In this document: piece after piece, positions 25,652 through 27,571 of the stretch
Numbering within the stretch: the first letter of the stretch is position 1
Layout: every line of letters starts with the position of its first letter
Assembly: GCA_041640635.1 (NCBI GenBank)
Contig: JBEPZX010000015.1
Coordinates: 1-27,571 of the forward strand
Direction of reading: 5' to 3'
DNA length: 27,571 nucleotides
DNA from: Aquificaceae bacterium
Lineage (GTDB): Bacteria; Aquificota; Aquificia; Aquificales; Aquificaceae
Notes under the pieces: generated by a model
What the model saw: only the letters and a program-made list of their open reading frames with translations
What the model was told of the DNA's origin: nothing
The model's database searches: none
Made by a program: the position numbers and the translations under genes

Positions 25652-26590
25652 TTGGTGAGAATATACCTTCTGAAAGACTCACAAAACTTGAGATCTATAA
25701 CCCTTTTTCATGCTATGGCAAGACTTGGATATACAGGATTGATTATTACAGAACCTAAAGAAACTTTTGTAAGCATAGGCATGTTAGATAACTTGGAAAA
25801 AATAATAGATCATCAGGCTTGTCAAAGTCTTAACATTCCTATTATAAGAAGGGAAACTGGCGGTGGTACTGTTTTATTGTCAAGTGAACAAGTTTTCTAT
25901 CAATTGATACTCCCAAAAAGCTTTGTACCTTTTAAAGTGATAGACGCTTACGTTAAGCTTTCTAAGCCTGTGATAAGGACTTACAATAGACTTGGTCTAG
26001 ATGCTGAATATAGACCAATTAACGACATATTGGTAAAAGGGAAAAAGATAAGCGGGCAAGCTTCAGCAGATATAGAAAAATGTTTTGTCTTTGTGGGGAA
26101 CATACTAGTAAATTTCGATACAGTGCTTATGTCTAAAGTTTTTAAGCTACCTGATGAGACGTTAAGAGTTGCAATAAAGGAGGCTTTAGATGAAAACATA
26201 ACATGGTTAAAAAGACACATAAACAGATCTATTACCTTTGAAGAGATTTCAAGTATTTTAATCGATGAGTTTTCAAAGGATGTACCTTTTGAAGGTTTTT
26301 CGGAAGTACCTAAAGAAGCTTTAGAGTTGGCGGACAAGTTAAAACAAGAGCTCACTTCAGAGGAATGTTTATTTGAGGATACAGGAAGGAAACATGAATT
26401 TATAAAAATAAGAGAAGGGGTTTTTGTTAAAAACATTTCATGTGATGGTAAAAAAGGAAGTTTGCTTATAGAGGATGGCATAATAAGAAAGGTTTGGGGA
26501 CCTTTTGAGTATCTTCTTGGTTTTGAGTACCAAAGGGAAAAGCTATTGAACTCCTTTAGTCCTGAGCTGGTTGATTGTTTAACAAAATAA
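25652..26590 (+). CDS. Lipoate-protein ligase family (LplA/LipM-like catalytic domain)
   Basis: VSIG, IIRRETGGGTV, FYQLI, INDI.VKGKKISG, VGNIL motifs. Start TTG 25652 or GTG 25655. Confidence 0.85.
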   Translation: MVRIYLLKDSQNLRSITLFHAMARLGYTGLIITEPKETFVSIGMLDNLEKIIDHQACQSLNIPIIRRETGGGTVLLSSEQVFYQLILPKSFVPFKVIDAYVKLSKPVIRTYNRLGLDAEYRPINDILVKGKKISGQASADIEKCFVFVGNILVNFDTVLMSKVFKLPDETLRVAIKEALDENITWLKRHINRSITFEEISSILIDEFSKDVPFEGFSEVPKEALELADKLKQELTSEECLFEDTGRKHEFIKIREGVFVKNISCDGKKGSLLIEDGIIRKVWGPFEYLLGFEYQREKLLNSFSPELVDCLTK

Positions 26591-27278
26591 CTTGCTTTGT
26601 ATTTGGGCTCAATTCCTTTACCCTTCTTGGGACTCCCTCTTCCAAATTGGGAGCGTGTTCTTTTCCTATTAGGACAACGACTTTTTTGTGTTCTTTTAGT
26701 AGCTTAACTATGGCGAGCGCCATTGCGTTATCCCATGCATTTTGGACATCAAAGAAGTTTTTTTCGTTTGAATTTGGGTGTAACTCCAAAAAAGTCCTAA
26801 GTCTTGCCTTTTCTTTTTCCGTATGGTCCAAGATTGGATTTGGCAAAATGGGATGCTCTATTTTTTCAATACCATGTGCCTTTATCTTTTTAATTAGTTC
26901 AGTAGGGATGTTTATGGCGTAAACTCTTATTCCCTTTTCTTTTGCAAAGCGCCATATAGGTGCATACAACATAGGATCGTATCCCCATCGTTTTTTGTAT
27001 TCTGTTTTTTCTATCATTTCCTCTTCGCTTATTTTGCCTTGTATATACTGATCTAAAAATTCTTGAAAAGGTTGTTGAAACATCTCCATAGCTATAACAA
27101 ATTCTTGACCACTTTGGTATAAATCCCGTATTACTTTAAGTTGAAATTCGTGGTCTTCTTTGCTGGTATGTATTTCTGGAATGTATATAACTTGCGCTTG
27201 TTTTGTAGCTCTGTCAAAAGAAGGGAAAATAACTGAAAATGCGGTAGCGACAAAAACCAAAATCAGAAACTTAACCAT
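26556..27278 (-). CDS. ChaN-like (haem-binding/TIKI superfamily) exported protein
   Basis: Signal-like N-terminus; EIH...DH..QL, IAMEMF..PFQ..LD.Y, W.Y...LY.PI, AINIP, Q.AWD.AMA motifs. Confidence 0.8.
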   Translation of the reverse strand: MVKFLILVFVATAFSVIFPSFDRATKQAQVIYIPEIHTSKEDHEFQLKVIRDLYQSGQEFVIAMEMFQQPFQEFLDQYIQGKISEEEMIEKTEYKKRWGYDPMLYAPIWRFAKEKGIRVYAINIPTELIKKIKAHGIEKIEHPILPNPILDHTEKEKARLRTFLELHPNSNEKNFFDVQNAWDNAMALAIVKLLKEHKKVVVLIGKEHAPNLEEGVPRRVKELSPNTKQVILLNNQPAQD

Positions 27279-27332
27279 GACTTAAATAATGGACTTATTT
27301 TTGCATTTTATCAAGGTTATAATAAAAAGCTT

Positions 27333-27571
27333 ATGAAGGACTATAAAGATACGCTAAATTTACCAAAAACAAACTTCCCAATGAAAGCCAACCTCCCTCA
27401 GCTCGAACCTAGAATTTTAGAAAAGTGGAAAGATTTATATAAAAAGATAAAAGCCCAACGTAAAGGAAAGGAATTATTCGTTTTGCACGATGGACCACCC
27501 TATGCCAATGGACACATTCACATAGGACATGCCTTAAACAAAATTCTCAAAGACGTGATTAACAAATACAT
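27333..27571 (+). CDS. ileS: Isoleucine--tRNA ligase, 3'-partial
   Basis: Translates as [26 protein letters not shown]...[26 protein letters not shown] (HIGH motif); runs off the window end. Confidence 0.97.
   Translation, partial: MKDYKDTLNLPKTNFPMKANLPQLEPRILEKWKDLYKKIKAQRKGKELFVLHDGPPYANGHIHIGHALNKILKDVINKY

Noticed and set aside
25981..26481. 166-aa antisense ORF and other short ORFs in the track (e.g. 9729-10058, 26575-26922, 426-617)
   Set aside because: Nested within or antisense to well-supported genes, with Ser/Phe/Leu-rich shadow composition and no motifs.

Overview
AT-rich, gene-dense bacterial chromosome segment, most consistent with Aquificaceae (Hydrogenobacter/Thermocrinis-like; inferred from the LeuT-like transporter, MotB, RpoD and general gene content, not from a search). 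Left to right: two tandem paralogous PAS-GAF-PAS-GGDEF-EAL c-di-GMP proteins (first one 5'-truncated by the window), an exported tandem rhodanese, a DegT-family aminotransferase, motB/motA, a PcrA/UvrD helicase, a class II aldolase, a malate dehydrogenase-like enzyme, rpoD, a phosphoribosyltransferase, a DUF2103-like protein, an ArnT-like glycosyltransferase, a ~760-bp non-coding region, an AI-2E permease, a LeuT-like NSS transporter, purA, hflX, hfq, a gamma-carbonic-anhydrase-like protein, an unknown lipoprotein, a lipoate-protein ligase, a ChaN-like protein and the start of ileS. The standout is the non-coding region 18119-18879. It has 10 exact and 3 near copies of the 9-mer AATTTCACA (a divergent DnaA-box-like motif) arranged largely convergently, six interleaved copies of a 19-bp IHF-site-like motif, an 88-bp central dyad and an AT-rich right end. 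This architecture suggests a chromosomal replication origin with a non-canonical initiator box, far from dnaA. No CRISPR array, RNA gene or mobile element was seen.
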